Source: Polyangiaceae bacterium
GTDB lineage: Bacteria > Myxococcota_A > Polyangia > Polyangiales > Polyangiaceae
Direction: 5' to 3'
DNA: 64,000 nt
NCBI GenBank assembly: GCA_050287085.1
Contig: JBNKBE010000003.1
Coordinates: 175,350-239,349 of the forward strand
This document shows positions 50,548-60,635 of this stretch, piece by piece. The position numbers were made by a program, and so were the translations under genes. Every line of letters begins with the position of its first letter. The stretch's first letter is position 1. Below the pieces are notes generated by a model, which had not been told where the DNA came from, did no database searches, and saw nothing but the letters and a program-made list of their open reading frames with translations.

Positions 50548-53037
50548 TTGTCTGCACTTGACCGATCATTTTGGCTCGCCATCGGCGTAGTCGCCTACGT
50601 CGGGACCGCCGGAATGCACCGAAGCGGCGTCAGCGGAGGCCGTGTCTTGGCCCTCGTGCTGGTAGTGCTGGTACTGGCCCGGGTGTGGAGTCAATCGCGC
50701 GCGCAGACCATCCGCGCCTACGGGGGTGCGGGCGCACCTGGAGCGCTGCGACTGGCGGCAACCGGAGCCGCGTGTTGGGTTGCCGCTCGCACCGGCCCAC
50801 CCCAAGTCGACCTCTTGGAGCTCGCAGCCCTGGGCGGATTGGCCGCTGCGACCCTGGCAACTCTCTTCACGTTGGCCCGCGTACCGTTCGAACCGGGTTT
50901 GCTGCGCCCGATTGACAGCGTGTTGCCGGCGCCCGCGCAAAGCGGGCAAGGGCGACAAGTTCCCCGCATCTTGTCAGGAACGAGGGTCGAGGCCGGCAGC
51001 CGCGCCCGGCCACATCGGACGCTTTCCCTGGACGCCACGTGGTTTGCTGGCACGCTCTGGCTCGCAGCCTGGTTGGTGGTCGCGGCTCGCTTCAGTCGCG
51101 TGGGTCCCGCGCAGCTCGATCCCCTTTCGCTCGACTACGTCGTGGTGGCGGCCAGCATCGGCTCGCTCCTATTGCTGCTCGCGAGCACCTGGCGTCTCTC
51201 CGCACTGCGGCGCCTCGAATTGGGTACCGGCGATCGCGCTTCGGGAGCACTGGCCTTGATCGCGACCAGTCTGTGTGTGGCCTTGCCCACCGCCGCCGCT
51301 GATCTAGCGCCTCCCGATCGCGTGCTGCCAGTGGCGCTGATGGCGGCCTGCGCGCTCACCCAGTGGGCGCTACGCGTACGCGATCCACAGCACATCGCAG
51401 CGGTGTTGCGCAGCGCCATGGTGGTCATCGCGCTGGGGCTCCCCATCGCGCTGATTGGCGGCGCCGTCGCATTTGCGGCGCCGAGCCAAGCGGGACTGGT
51501 CACCCTCACCTGCTGCGGACTGGCATTGTTGTCTGGACTGGTGGCCCGCGAGGCAGCGCGGCCGCTCGCCCCCGAACAATCGCGTTGGCTCGCAGCCATC
51601 GCCGATGCTCGCGCATCGGCCCTGGTTCCGGAGCCGCAGACGGCGATCATCAGGACCCTTCAAGCGCTGAAACGCGCCAGTACCTCCCCCCAGGCTCGTC
51701 CCGAGCTGTATCTGCGCTTTCCCAGCCGTTTGCAGACGGTAGATGTCGCGGGTTACCTGCATGAACAAGACGCTTCCGCGCCTGACGAACTCTACGAACT
51801 CGCCCTTCAGGAACCCGAGCATACGCTGCGTGCCGAGGTACTCGCTGCGCTTTGTGTCCGCCGTCCGCTGGTGCGGCCGTTGCTCGACTGGTTCGAAGTG
51901 CGCGGCGCATTCTCGGCCACGTTGGTCTGCGACGAGGATAGCCCGATCGGTTTCTTGCTGCTCCCCAGAGGCGATCGCAGTCGCGCGTTGACGCTCGAAG
52001 AGGCGCGCAGTTTGCGCGCCCTGGCGGATCGTCTAAGTGCCCTATTCTCCGTGACAACGGCATTAGCGCGGGCGCGCCAGCGCCAATACGACGCCGAAGA
52101 CCACGCGGCGCAGCGGGAAGCTCAGGCCATGGCGGTGGAGCGACTGCTGGCCGGTCAGGTCGCGCGCAACGTGGTGCAAGCCAGAATGTTGGCCCGACCG
52201 CTTCTAGATAACGCCTTCAGCCCAGCAGCTCGCCTGTTGCTCGCCGCGCTTGAAGCCCCACCGCGCCCCACCCAGGCGACGCTGCTCCAACGCCCCCTCG
52301 GCGTCGCGGCTACGCCCTGGGCCGCCGCGCTGCATCTCAGTCGGGGCGAACGACGCGGACCACTGGTCGTGATCGATGCGGCTCTCTGGGCGCTCGACGC
52401 AGACGGACTCCACCATCCGAGTGCCATATTGGCGCTCGCCAGCAGCGGAACACTGCTGATCGATCGACTCGAATTGCTCCCCTTGCCAATCCAAGCTCAG
52501 CTGGCCAGTGAGCTTGGCAGTCGCACCCACGCCGCGAAGTCCGCGGAGGAAACACCCGCCGAGATCGTGCTCGGCTCAAGCCATGCGGCCTCCCAACTCT
52601 TGGAGCAAGGCCTCTTGCATCCCGCCCTCGCACAACTGACCGAACAGCGCACGTTTCGCCTGCCAACCTTGGAAGAGCGCCCAGAAGATCTGCGTAGCAT
52701 CATCATCACAACCCTGGCTCGCTCGCCCTTCCGTCGCGATGGCAACCCCCTCGGCATCAGCCGCAGCGCCATGCAGTTGCTGCTGGACTACGACTGGCCC
52801 GGAAATGACGCTGAGCTTGAGCTGGTCCTAGGCCGCGCGGCAGCCGACGCCGCGGGAGCCCAAGTCACCTACGAAACACTCGCTGGTCTGGCGACCCAAC
52901 TGAACATTCCAACTTTGGACACGAGCGCACGACCGACGGAAACTGAGGCAGCCCTCGACGCCGGATTGCAACGGCACGAGCCCCATCAGCCCCGTCGCGC
53001 GCGAACTCGCCGCCGCACGCCGCGACGACCGCGCTAG
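50548..53037 (+). CDS. Multi-TM protein with GAF-like region and degenerate sigma54-activator AAA+ domain
   Basis: About 10 hydrophobic segments; GTLLID, LPTLEERPEDL and YDWPGNDAEL retained; no Walker A, no GAFTGA. Confidence 0.78.
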   Translation: MSALDRSFWLAIGVVAYVGTAGMHRSGVSGGRVLALVLVVLVLARVWSQSRAQTIRAYGGAGAPGALRLAATGAACWVAARTGPPQVDLLELAALGGLAAATLATLFTLARVPFEPGLLRPIDSVLPAPAQSGQGRQVPRILSGTRVEAGSRARPHRTLSLDATWFAGTLWLAAWLVVAARFSRVGPAQLDPLSLDYVVVAASIGSLLLLLASTWRLSALRRLELGTGDRASGALALIATSLCVALPTAAADLAPPDRVLPVALMAACALTQWALRVRDPQHIAAVLRSAMVVIALGLPIALIGGAVAFAAPSQAGLVTLTCCGLALLSGLVAREAARPLAPEQSRWLAAIADARASALVPEPQTAIIRTLQALKRASTSPQARPELYLRFPSRLQTVDVAGYLHEQDASAPDELYELALQEPEHTLRAEVLAALCVRRPLVRPLLDWFEVRGAFSATLVCDEDSPIGFLLLPRGDRSRALTLEEARSLRALADRLSALFSVTTALARARQRQYDAEDHAAQREAQAMAVERLLAGQVARNVVQARMLARPLLDNAFSPAARLLLAALEAPPRPTQATLLQRPLGVAATPWAAALHLSRGERRGPLVVIDAALWALDADGLHHPSAILALASSGTLLIDRLELLPLPIQAQLASELGSRTHAAKSAEETPAEIVLGSSHAASQLLEQGLLHPALAQLTEQRTFRLPTLEERPEDLRSIIITTLARSPFRRDGNPLGISRSAMQLLLDYDWPGNDAELELVLGRAAADAAGAQVTYETLAGLATQLNIPTLDTSARPTETEAALDAGLQRHEPHQPRRARTRRRTPRRPR

Positions 53038-53046
53038 GACAGGCCA

Positions 53047-56000
53047 TTGTCGACGTCAACGCCCTCCGCCGCGCCCCGGAGCCCCGCTCCGCCTCCGCTC
53101 GACCAACGATTTGAGCTCGAATACGAACTCGGGCGCGGCGCGTCGAGCATCGTCTACGCGGCCCGTAGTCTGGTCGACGGTTCACGGGTGGCGCTCAAGA
53201 TCTTAGCTCCTACGGCCCAAACGGCTGCCTTCGCGCAAGAGGTGAAGCTGCTGGGTCAACTATCACACCCTCACATCATTCGCGTTCTGGACTCGGGTCT
53301 GCTCTCGGACGGAAGACCCTGGCTGGCCATGGAATTGCTCCGCGGTCGCACCCTGGAGGCGCGCCTTCATGACGGACTGATGGACGTGGGTACGTGCCTG
53401 GAACTCATCGCCGCTCTCGCGGAGGGAGTGCAAGCGGCGCACGCGGCCGCAGTGCTGCACCGAGACATCAAGCCTTCCAATATATTCCTACGCGAGGCGG
53501 CGGACGGCAGCGAGGTTCCGGTCTTGATCGACTTTGGAGCCGCCGAACAGCTCGGCTCCACACACCTTTCCCAGAGCATCATCATAGGGACCCCCGCCTA
53601 CATGGCGCCGGAACAAATCCATGGTGATTCGCACGCCGACGAACGCTCCGATGTATACGGCTTGGGAGCCACGCTCTATGAACTACTGACCGGAGCGCCG
53701 CCCCATGCGGGCTCGTCGTACCTAGCGACCCTCGCACGCCTAGCCACCACTCGTCCGCGCCGAATTACCCAGGTTCGACCGGAATTGCCGCGCGACCTAG
53801 ATCGCTTCGTGTCGCAGATGCTATCGCGTTCACCCGCGGAGCGCCCAGGCTCGGCCGCGGAGGTAAGCCAAACCCTGCGACAGTTGCGCCGTCGTCTTGG
53901 GCAGGAGACCCTCACCGAGGCTGGCCCCGCGTCGGGACACCATTCATACTCATCGCGCGTGGTCACCACCTTGGTGGCCCTTGGCTTCACTGACGCCGCA
54001 GAGCGCGACCAGGCGGTGTCGCAGCTGAACGAACGGGGCGCCGTAGCCGTGCCGCTGGCCCGCGACGCGGTGGTCGCTCATTTCGGCCTCGAGCAATCAC
54101 AAGGCAGTGAAGCACCGAGTGCCATCCGTCTCGGCCGTCGTTTAGCCCGTCGTGCCGCACAAATCGGCATCGCAACTGGGCGGGCCCAGGTGTCAACAAA
54201 AGGAGGGCACCACCCTCCAGAAGCCATCGGACAGGTGGTGGACGCAGCAATGGCGCTCGCGGAAAGCGCAAACCCTCGCCAAGTGTTGGTCGACGCGACA
54301 ACCCAAGACTCAGGCCGCGCCCACTACTGCTTCGAACGACGGGACGAAGAGGTCTACGAGGTCGTTCCCGGAGCCGCGTCGCTCACCCCGGGAGCCATAG
54401 ACGGCGGCCCACCGTTCGTGGGAAGAGAGGCAGAACTGGCTCGAATCCGCTCGGCCTTCGCTCGCGCACAGGACGCGCAGCACTCCTTGCTGGTTTCTCT
54501 GACCGGCCCGCCCGGGATCGGAAAGTCCCGAACTCAGCGAGAGGCGGTGCGCCGCTTGCACGCGCAGATGCCAGTCGCGGTCGAGGTGCATCAACACAAC
54601 GAAGCGTACGGGCAACGTCGGGCGCTGGGCTGCGCACTCGACATTGTGCGGGGAGTGGTTCGGCTACCCCGCGGCGCAGCTGAAGTCGAGTGCCGCGCCG
54701 CCCTCACGGGCTTAGAGTGGGCTCACCCCCTCGACGAAGAACAAGTCGATACGTTTTGCGCCCTGATACGTGGAACAGTGCGTACCCCCGACGACGGAGC
54801 CGGCGAAGGCTTTCGTGACCGGCTCTGGTTGCTCCTCAATCGCTTGGTTGAAGCCGCGCTCGCGCGCGGCCCGGTGCTATTTGCGATCGACGACTTGCAG
54901 TGGGCGGACCCCGAAAGCATTGGCTGGCTCGACCACGTACTCAATCGCTTCGAGAATCGCCCTCTGTGGGTGATCATGACCACCCGCCCCACGCTCTGGG
55001 CGCAGCAAACAAGACGCTTTGCCACGCCCTCCCACGTGCGCATCGAGCTCGAACCGCTTTCCAACCAGGCCGTGCAGAAGATCGTCGCTGCCGTAGGCGG
55101 GTCCGGCGTGGAGCCGATGGTGCTGGCTCGCATCGTCCGGCAGGCAGCAGGCTCCCCTTTGCACGCCGAAGAGCTGTCCAGACTGATCGCCGCCGGCAAG
55201 AATATTGAGCTAGTACCCACCATCGAGGCGGCGATTCAGACAAGTCTGGATTCGCTCAGCGTTGAGCAACGTGAGGTACTCTCCAATATGTCGGTCTTTG
55301 GCAAGGCGGCCTGGGACGCGGGGTTGGAAACCTTGACGCACGACGTCCAGGATTCGCTCGAAGCGCTGGAACGGGCTGGGTTCATTGGACGCGCCTCTCG
55401 TTCCCGATTCTCCGATATGGAGGAATGGCGCTTTCGACAGGGCATGGTCCGTGAGGTCGCCTACAGCGCCCTGCCAACCAGCTTGCGCAAAGAGTTGCAC
55501 GAACGAGTGGCGTTGTGGCTGGTTGCGGCCGGGGAGGACGCGTCCATCATCGCTGGACACTGGGACCGTGCCGGGCGTCCCGAGGAAGCCGCAGGATACT
55601 GGGCCCAGGCAGCGCGACGTGCACTTGCGACCAGTTCGCTCGCCGACGCGCTCACGCTCGCGGAGCGCTCGCTCGCTTTTGCCTCCGACGGTAAAGTCGC
55701 CTTCGAGCGGGCCCGCTTGTGGGACGAGGCGTGGTCGCGACACGATGCTCGAGCGAGCGATCGGGAAAGCGCCATCTGTGCGATGGAGCAAAATGCCTTC
55801 GACGATCGGAGTCGCACCTACGCGCGCGGGGCCCGCGCGCGCTACGACGCCGCACGCGGTGACGGCCTGGACATCAATGCGCGACTAGCCGAGGCAAGCG
55901 AAGAGGCACGACGCCTCGGACTCCACGACGAACTGGTCTTGTGCACAGCCGAGCTCGCGCGCCGCCAGGTGTTTGCGGGGCGCTTCGCCGAAGGAGAAGC

Positions 56001-56919
56001 GGCCGCACGAGAACTGCTCTTGCTCAGTCGGGCACCCAACATGCGCGCCGCCGCGCTCGACGCGTGGCAGATCTTCGCCATCGTGCGCCAGAGCCAAGGT
56101 GCTCTAAGCAGCGCACTCGACGCGCGACGCAATGCCGTCAAAGCAGCCCAGGACGCAGGCCTACGCGAGCAGGAATCTGTTCTAAGTGCCAACCTTGGCT
56201 TTGCGCTTTCAACGATCGGCGCCCGGGCTGAGTCTCGACTGCTGCTGCAGACGGGCCTTTCTCTGGCCGAAGAGATCGGCAGCGAAGGGGCCAAGCGTCA
56301 CGCCCTGATGCTCCTACTTTGCTGGGCGGCGACCTACGGAGCCGAGCGCGAGCTGAACGCCGTGCTAGCGGAAACCCGGGAGGAAGCTGATTCCACCGCA
56401 GAAAACCACTGGCTTGCGCCAGCTCGGGAAAGCTTGGGAGCGATCTTCTACCGGGGGGTTGAGCTGCTGCGCACCACCGAACGCCCCCAACGGGCGCGCG
56501 CGCGTCAGCTGCTGAAGGTTGCGGCGACCGGCTATCGAGAATCCGGCAACCGCGACGTCTTGCCGGTCGCATTGGGCATGTGGGGTCGAGCGGAATTGCT
56601 GTCCGGCAACGCGGCGGGAGCTCTGGCTCTGGCGGAAGAGGCCGTGTCGTTACTCGCCGCCGACGGCGTAAGCCTGCTCAACGAGGCCCCGATATTCCTC
56701 GTTCTGCGCGACGCCTGCTTGGAGCTCCAAGATGAGGTTGGAGCGCGCCATGCCATCCAGGCCGGCATGGCTCCGCTCCTCAAGCGGACCTTGGGACTCG
56801 CGCAGACCGAATACGCACGCGCCTTTCTCACCGAGCTGGAAGACAACGCCCAGTTGGTGGCTGCAGGCGAGCGCCACGGTGTACTGCCCGTGCGGCTCCG
56901 CCTGTTACTGGAAGGCTAG
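53047..56919 (+). CDS. Ser/Thr kinase + degenerate class III cyclase + STAND-type ATPase + TPR-like repeats
   Basis: HRDIKPSN, DFG, GTPAYMAPE; FVGREAEL, GPPGIGKS, IDDLQWAD, GSPL..EE; helical C-terminus. Confidence 0.9.
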   Translation: MSTSTPSAAPRSPAPPPLDQRFELEYELGRGASSIVYAARSLVDGSRVALKILAPTAQTAAFAQEVKLLGQLSHPHIIRVLDSGLLSDGRPWLAMELLRGRTLEARLHDGLMDVGTCLELIAALAEGVQAAHAAAVLHRDIKPSNIFLREAADGSEVPVLIDFGAAEQLGSTHLSQSIIIGTPAYMAPEQIHGDSHADERSDVYGLGATLYELLTGAPPHAGSSYLATLARLATTRPRRITQVRPELPRDLDRFVSQMLSRSPAERPGSAAEVSQTLRQLRRRLGQETLTEAGPASGHHSYSSRVVTTLVALGFTDAAERDQAVSQLNERGAVAVPLARDAVVAHFGLEQSQGSEAPSAIRLGRRLARRAAQIGIATGRAQVSTKGGHHPPEAIGQVVDAAMALAESANPRQVLVDATTQDSGRAHYCFERRDEEVYEVVPGAASLTPGAIDGGPPFVGREAELARIRSAFARAQDAQHSLLVSLTGPPGIGKSRTQREAVRRLHAQMPVAVEVHQHNEAYGQRRALGCALDIVRGVVRLPRGAAEVECRAALTGLEWAHPLDEEQVDTFCALIRGTVRTPDDGAGEGFRDRLWLLLNRLVEAALARGPVLFAIDDLQWADPESIGWLDHVLNRFENRPLWVIMTTRPTLWAQQTRRFATPSHVRIELEPLSNQAVQKIVAAVGGSGVEPMVLARIVRQAAGSPLHAEELSRLIAAGKNIELVPTIEAAIQTSLDSLSVEQREVLSNMSVFGKAAWDAGLETLTHDVQDSLEALERAGFIGRASRSRFSDMEEWRFRQGMVREVAYSALPTSLRKELHERVALWLVAAGEDASIIAGHWDRAGRPEEAAGYWAQAARRALATSSLADALTLAERSLAFASDGKVAFERARLWDEAWSRHDARASDRESAICAMEQNAFDDRSRTYARGARARYDAARGDGLDINARLAEASEEARRLGLHDELVLCTAELARRQVFAGRFAEGEAAARELLLLSRAPNMRAAALDAWQIFAIVRQSQGALSSALDARRNAVKAAQDAGLREQESVLSANLGFALSTIGARAESRLLLQTGLSLAEEIGSEGAKRHALMLLLCWAATYGAERELNAVLAETREEADSTAENHWLAPARESLGAIFYRGVELLRTTERPQRARARQLLKVAATGYRESGNRDVLPVALGMWGRAELLSGNAAGALALAEEAVSLLAADGVSLLNEAPIFLVLRDACLELQDEVGARHAIQAGMAPLLKRTLGLAQTEYARAFLTELEDNAQLVAAGERHGVLPVRLRLLLEG

Positions 56920-56925
56920 AAGCTA

Positions 56926-57654
56926 CTATTCAGCGACCCCAAAGGCGTCGCCCGGAGCGTCGCGGAGCACGCGTCCGTCCTGCATCTCCACGACTCGTGG
57001 CATACGACTGGCGAAAGCCGGATTGTGAGTCACCACTACGACGGTGGTGCCGTAGTCCTGATTGATCCGAAAAAAGAGCTCATGCACCGCGTCTCCGGTA
57101 CGGCTATCGAGATTGCCGGTAGGTTCGTCGGCAAGCAGAAGCTTTGGCTCCAGCGCCAAGGCACGGGCAACCGCAACCCGTTGCTGCTCGCCCCCCGACA
57201 GTTCACCTGGTCGGTGCGTTTCCCGGTGGGCCAGCCCCACCAAATTGAGCAACTGCGATGCTCGTTCGCGCATTTGCTCCTTGGGAAGGCCCCCGATGAG
57301 CCCCGGCATCATCACATTCTCCAGCGCGGTGAACTCAGGGAGTAGATGGTGGAACTGAAAAACGAAGCCAACAAGCTGATTGCGCACCTGGGCTAGCTGA
57401 GCTCCGCTCAAACGAGTCAGCTCCCGACCCGCAAGGCACAAGCTGCCACTACTTGGAATGTCCAGCGTTCCGATGCAGTGCAGGAGTGTGCTCTTACCAG
57501 CGCCCGAGGCTCCAACGATGCTAAGTACCTCGCGCTGCCGTATGTCGAGGTCAATTCCTTTGAGCACATCCAGGCGATTGCCCATGTGCAAGAAGCTCTT
57601 CTTCAGGTCACGAATGACCACTAGCGGCTCAGAGTTCGATTCCATACTGTTCAT
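56926..57654 (-). CDS. lolD: Lipoprotein-releasing ABC transporter ATPase
   Basis: GASGAGKSTL, FQFHHLLPEF, LSGGEQQRVA, ADEPTGNLD. Confidence 0.9.
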   Translation of the reverse strand: MNSMESNSEPLVVIRDLKKSFLHMGNRLDVLKGIDLDIRQREVLSIVGASGAGKSTLLHCIGTLDIPSSGSLCLAGRELTRLSGAQLAQVRNQLVGFVFQFHHLLPEFTALENVMMPGLIGGLPKEQMRERASQLLNLVGLAHRETHRPGELSGGEQQRVAVARALALEPKLLLADEPTGNLDSRTGDAVHELFFRINQDYGTTVVVVTHNPAFASRMPRVVEMQDGRVLRDAPGDAFGVAE

Positions 57655-57657
57655 GAC

Positions 57658-59400
57658 TCACTCGTAGCGAATACCGTCCACCGGCCGCACGCGACTTGCC
57701 GCTAGCGCTGGGTAAACGGTGGCCAACACGGTGATCGCCAACGCACAGACAGCGATCAACGCGTAGTCAGCCACGTCGACTTGAATTGGAAGCTGGTCGA
57801 CGTAGTACACCTCGGGGTCCAGACGAACCCCAAGCCGCCGCAGCCCTTCACACAGAACCCAGCCCGTCACCACGCCAAACACGGTTCCAATGCTGCCGAT
57901 AATGAGTCCTTCGGTCATGAAGATACGCAGCACCATCGTATCACTGGCTCCCAAAGCCTTGATGATCGCAATTTCTTTGCTCTTCTCGGTCACCATCAGC
58001 AGCAACGTGCAAACGATGCAAAAGCAGGCCACGGTGATAGCGATACACAGAATGATGAAGGTGGCGAGACGCTCCAGCTTGAGCGCCGAGAACAGGTTTC
58101 TGTTCAGCTCCTTCCAATCCTTGACGGCAAGGCCACGCCCGTCGAGCGAAGTGGCAACCGCTTGTCGTACCCCCTCGACCTGCTCCGAATTCTCGACTTT
58201 GACCTCGACGTGATTGATCTTGCCTTCAAGATCCAGAAACGCTTGAGCCTCGCTGAGCAGCATATAGGCGTGGCTCGAGTCGTACTCGTACATGCCGCTG
58301 TAGAAGATCGCCCCCACCCGAAAGCGACGCGTACGCGGCATAACGCCCATTGGGCCTAAATCTCCAAGCGGAGCAACCAGCCTGACTTCGTCTCCCACCA
58401 TGACGTGAAGGCTCTTGGCAAGCTCTCGACCAATAATCAAAGCCGGCCGCGTCGCGTCGTGCCGGATGACTCTGGCCACATCTGGATCAACGTCTTTGAG
58501 GCGTGTGCTCAGCTCACGCTCCTTCAGATAGCGCTGCCCTCCCGGACCGTGACCAAGCACATACCCCTCGGGAAGCTCAAGCAGCTCATCTGGATTCTCG
58601 AGGAAGTCGATGCTTCCCGCCTCGATGTTGTCTACGAGGTCGATGACGGTGCCGACGGACTCCGGCTCAATCCCGCGTACGATAACGCCGGCGGTATTCG
58701 AGTTGCTAGACGCCATCGCCTCACCAGCCGCGACAGGCGTGGCCGCTACGACACCAGGCACCAAGCGAACATCGTCCACCGCTCTATCCCAGTCGCCAAA
58801 TCCGCCGACTCCCTCATAGCTCACGGTGATGTGGGCATTGTTGCCGAGAATCTTGCGCTTCAGGTCAGCGCCGAAGCCGCCCATGATGGAGATGACGACG
58901 CAGAGGGCAAGTGAGCTCAAAGCCACCCCCGTAATCGACAAGATACTGATGACGGTTAGAAAGCCGCTCTTGCTCGCGCGGACGTGGCGCGCAGCCACAT
59001 ACCCGACTGCTGTCCCGCCCTCGATGCGATCGAGCACCCAGGGCAACGACAAGGCGAGCGCGCCGATGACAAATAGCGTCGCCGAAACCGCCGCGCTCAC
59101 GCGCACGATCTGGTGCCACAGCTCGAAATAGGAGCCTTCGTGGTTGGGGAGCCGCATGGCCCAAGCGCCCAGCACCAGGGTGCCCAGTAGCGATAGCGCC
59201 GTCATGGCAGACAGCACCTGGCGTCGTCCGCGCTGTCCGATGCGCCGCAGCAACACGAACACCGAGAGACTGACGATGAGGACAATCAGACCGATCAGGC
59301 CGATCCGTAGGCTCAAGCTCAGTTCCATCCACGTCGCCAGGAGCGACGAAGCAAGTGAGTCCGAGCCTGAGAGCTCATTGGCTGTTTGCGCCGGAGCCAT
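57658..59400 (-). CDS. LolC/E-family permease with extra N-terminal TM segments
   Basis: ISILSITGV...VISIMGGF, GMYEYD, WKELNRNLFSALK, EKSKEIAI, VYY; about 130 aa hydrophobic extension. Confidence 0.9.
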   Translation of the reverse strand: MAPAQTANELSGSDSLASSLLATWMELSLSLRIGLIGLIVLIVSLSVFVLLRRIGQRGRRQVLSAMTALSLLGTLVLGAWAMRLPNHEGSYFELWHQIVRVSAAVSATLFVIGALALSLPWVLDRIEGGTAVGYVAARHVRASKSGFLTVISILSITGVALSSLALCVVISIMGGFGADLKRKILGNNAHITVSYEGVGGFGDWDRAVDDVRLVPGVVAATPVAAGEAMASSNSNTAGVIVRGIEPESVGTVIDLVDNIEAGSIDFLENPDELLELPEGYVLGHGPGGQRYLKERELSTRLKDVDPDVARVIRHDATRPALIIGRELAKSLHVMVGDEVRLVAPLGDLGPMGVMPRTRRFRVGAIFYSGMYEYDSSHAYMLLSEAQAFLDLEGKINHVEVKVENSEQVEGVRQAVATSLDGRGLAVKDWKELNRNLFSALKLERLATFIILCIAITVACFCIVCTLLLMVTEKSKEIAIIKALGASDTMVLRIFMTEGLIIGSIGTVFGVVTGWVLCEGLRRLGVRLDPEVYYVDQLPIQVDVADYALIAVCALAITVLATVYPALAASRVRPVDGIRYE

Positions 59401-59401
59401 C

Positions 59402-60530
59402 TCAGAAACTCGGAACGTCCTCGGAGCTACCGCCCTCAGCGCTCTGCATCAAATAGGCTTCCACAAACTCGTCTAGGTCCCCATCTAGCACGGCTTCCAC
59501 GTCGCCGGTTTCATGCTCCGTACGCAGATCTTTGACGAGCTGGTATGGCTGAAGCACGTAGCTTCTGATTTGACTTCCCCACGCGATCTGATCTTTCCCG
59601 GCCTCATAGTTCGCTCGCTCTTCCTGCCGCTTTAGAAGCTCGCGCTCGTACAGCTTCGCCTTGACCATTTTCAGGGCGACTCGACGGTTCTGAAGCTGGC
59701 TGCGCTCAGCGCGGCAAACCACCATGATCCCCGAAGGGAGGTGCCGCATACGAACGGCCGTCTCGACCTTGTTGACGTTCTGCCCTCCCTTGCCACCGGC
59801 GCGCATCGTCGTCACTTCCAGATCGTTGTCATTGACTTCAATATCGATCTCGTCCTCGATATCCGGCGTGACTTCGACCGCGGCAAACGACGTATGACGC
59901 CGCGCATTCGAATCAAACGGGCTGATCCGAACGAGTCGGTGAACCCCCGTCTCGGCCCGCAGGTAGCCGTAGGCATTCGCGCCGCTCACGGAGAACGAGG
60001 CGCCTTCGATACCGGCTTCGTCTCCCGGCTGATAGTCCAGCATCTCGGTCTTGAAACCGCGACGCTCACACCAGCGAAGATACATGCGCAGCAGCATATC
60101 CGCCCAGTCCTTCGCCTCGGTGCCGCCCGACCCGGGGTGAATGCTGATGATGGCGTCCGCATGATCCGCCGGGCCCGACAACATGCGTTGAAGTTCGGCG
60201 CTGCGCACGCGAAGTTCTAGCGCCTTGGCAGACTCCTCAACTTCCGCCAACGTCGCCGCATCATCCTCTTCGGCGGCCAGCTCGAGCAGCTCAGCGGCAT
60301 CGCTCACGTCCCGCGCCAATGCGGACATGAGCTCAAGTTTTTCGGTCACGGCCGCGCGCTTGCGCAGGAGCGCCTGCGCCTTGTCCTGATTGTCCCAAAA
60401 CCCCGGGGCGCTCGAGAGTTGATCGTATTCCTCGAGCTGTCGCTCTAGCTTCGGGACGTCAAAGATGCCCCCTTAGCGCATCAACGCGCCTTTGGAGGTC
60501 GACAAGCAAAACTCGAGTCTCAGAGAGCAT
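59402..60530 (-). CDS. prfB: Peptide chain release factor 2 (programmed +1 frameshift, ~375 aa)
   Basis: ATG 60530 gives 23 codons to CTT TGA C; the +1 frame contains SPF and GGQ motifs. Confidence 0.97.
60458..60473 (-). promoter_or_regulatory. prfB +1 frameshift cassette
   Basis: AGGGGG CAT CTT TGA C: internal SD, 3-nt spacer, slippery CTT-TGA-C. Confidence 0.95.
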
Positions 60531-60635
60531 GAGCGTGGTTCGTAGCTTTTGGGCGGGCCCGCGGCTAGTTCAAAGATCGGTCCCTGGCCCGCAATCCGGT
60601 TGCCGCTATCTCCGCGCCGAAAGCCCCGACGCCAC

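Noticed and set aside
15295..60530. ABC-F, prfC, prmA and prfB as a translation super-cluster
   Set aside because: Spread over 45 kb in separate transcription units; chance is sufficient.
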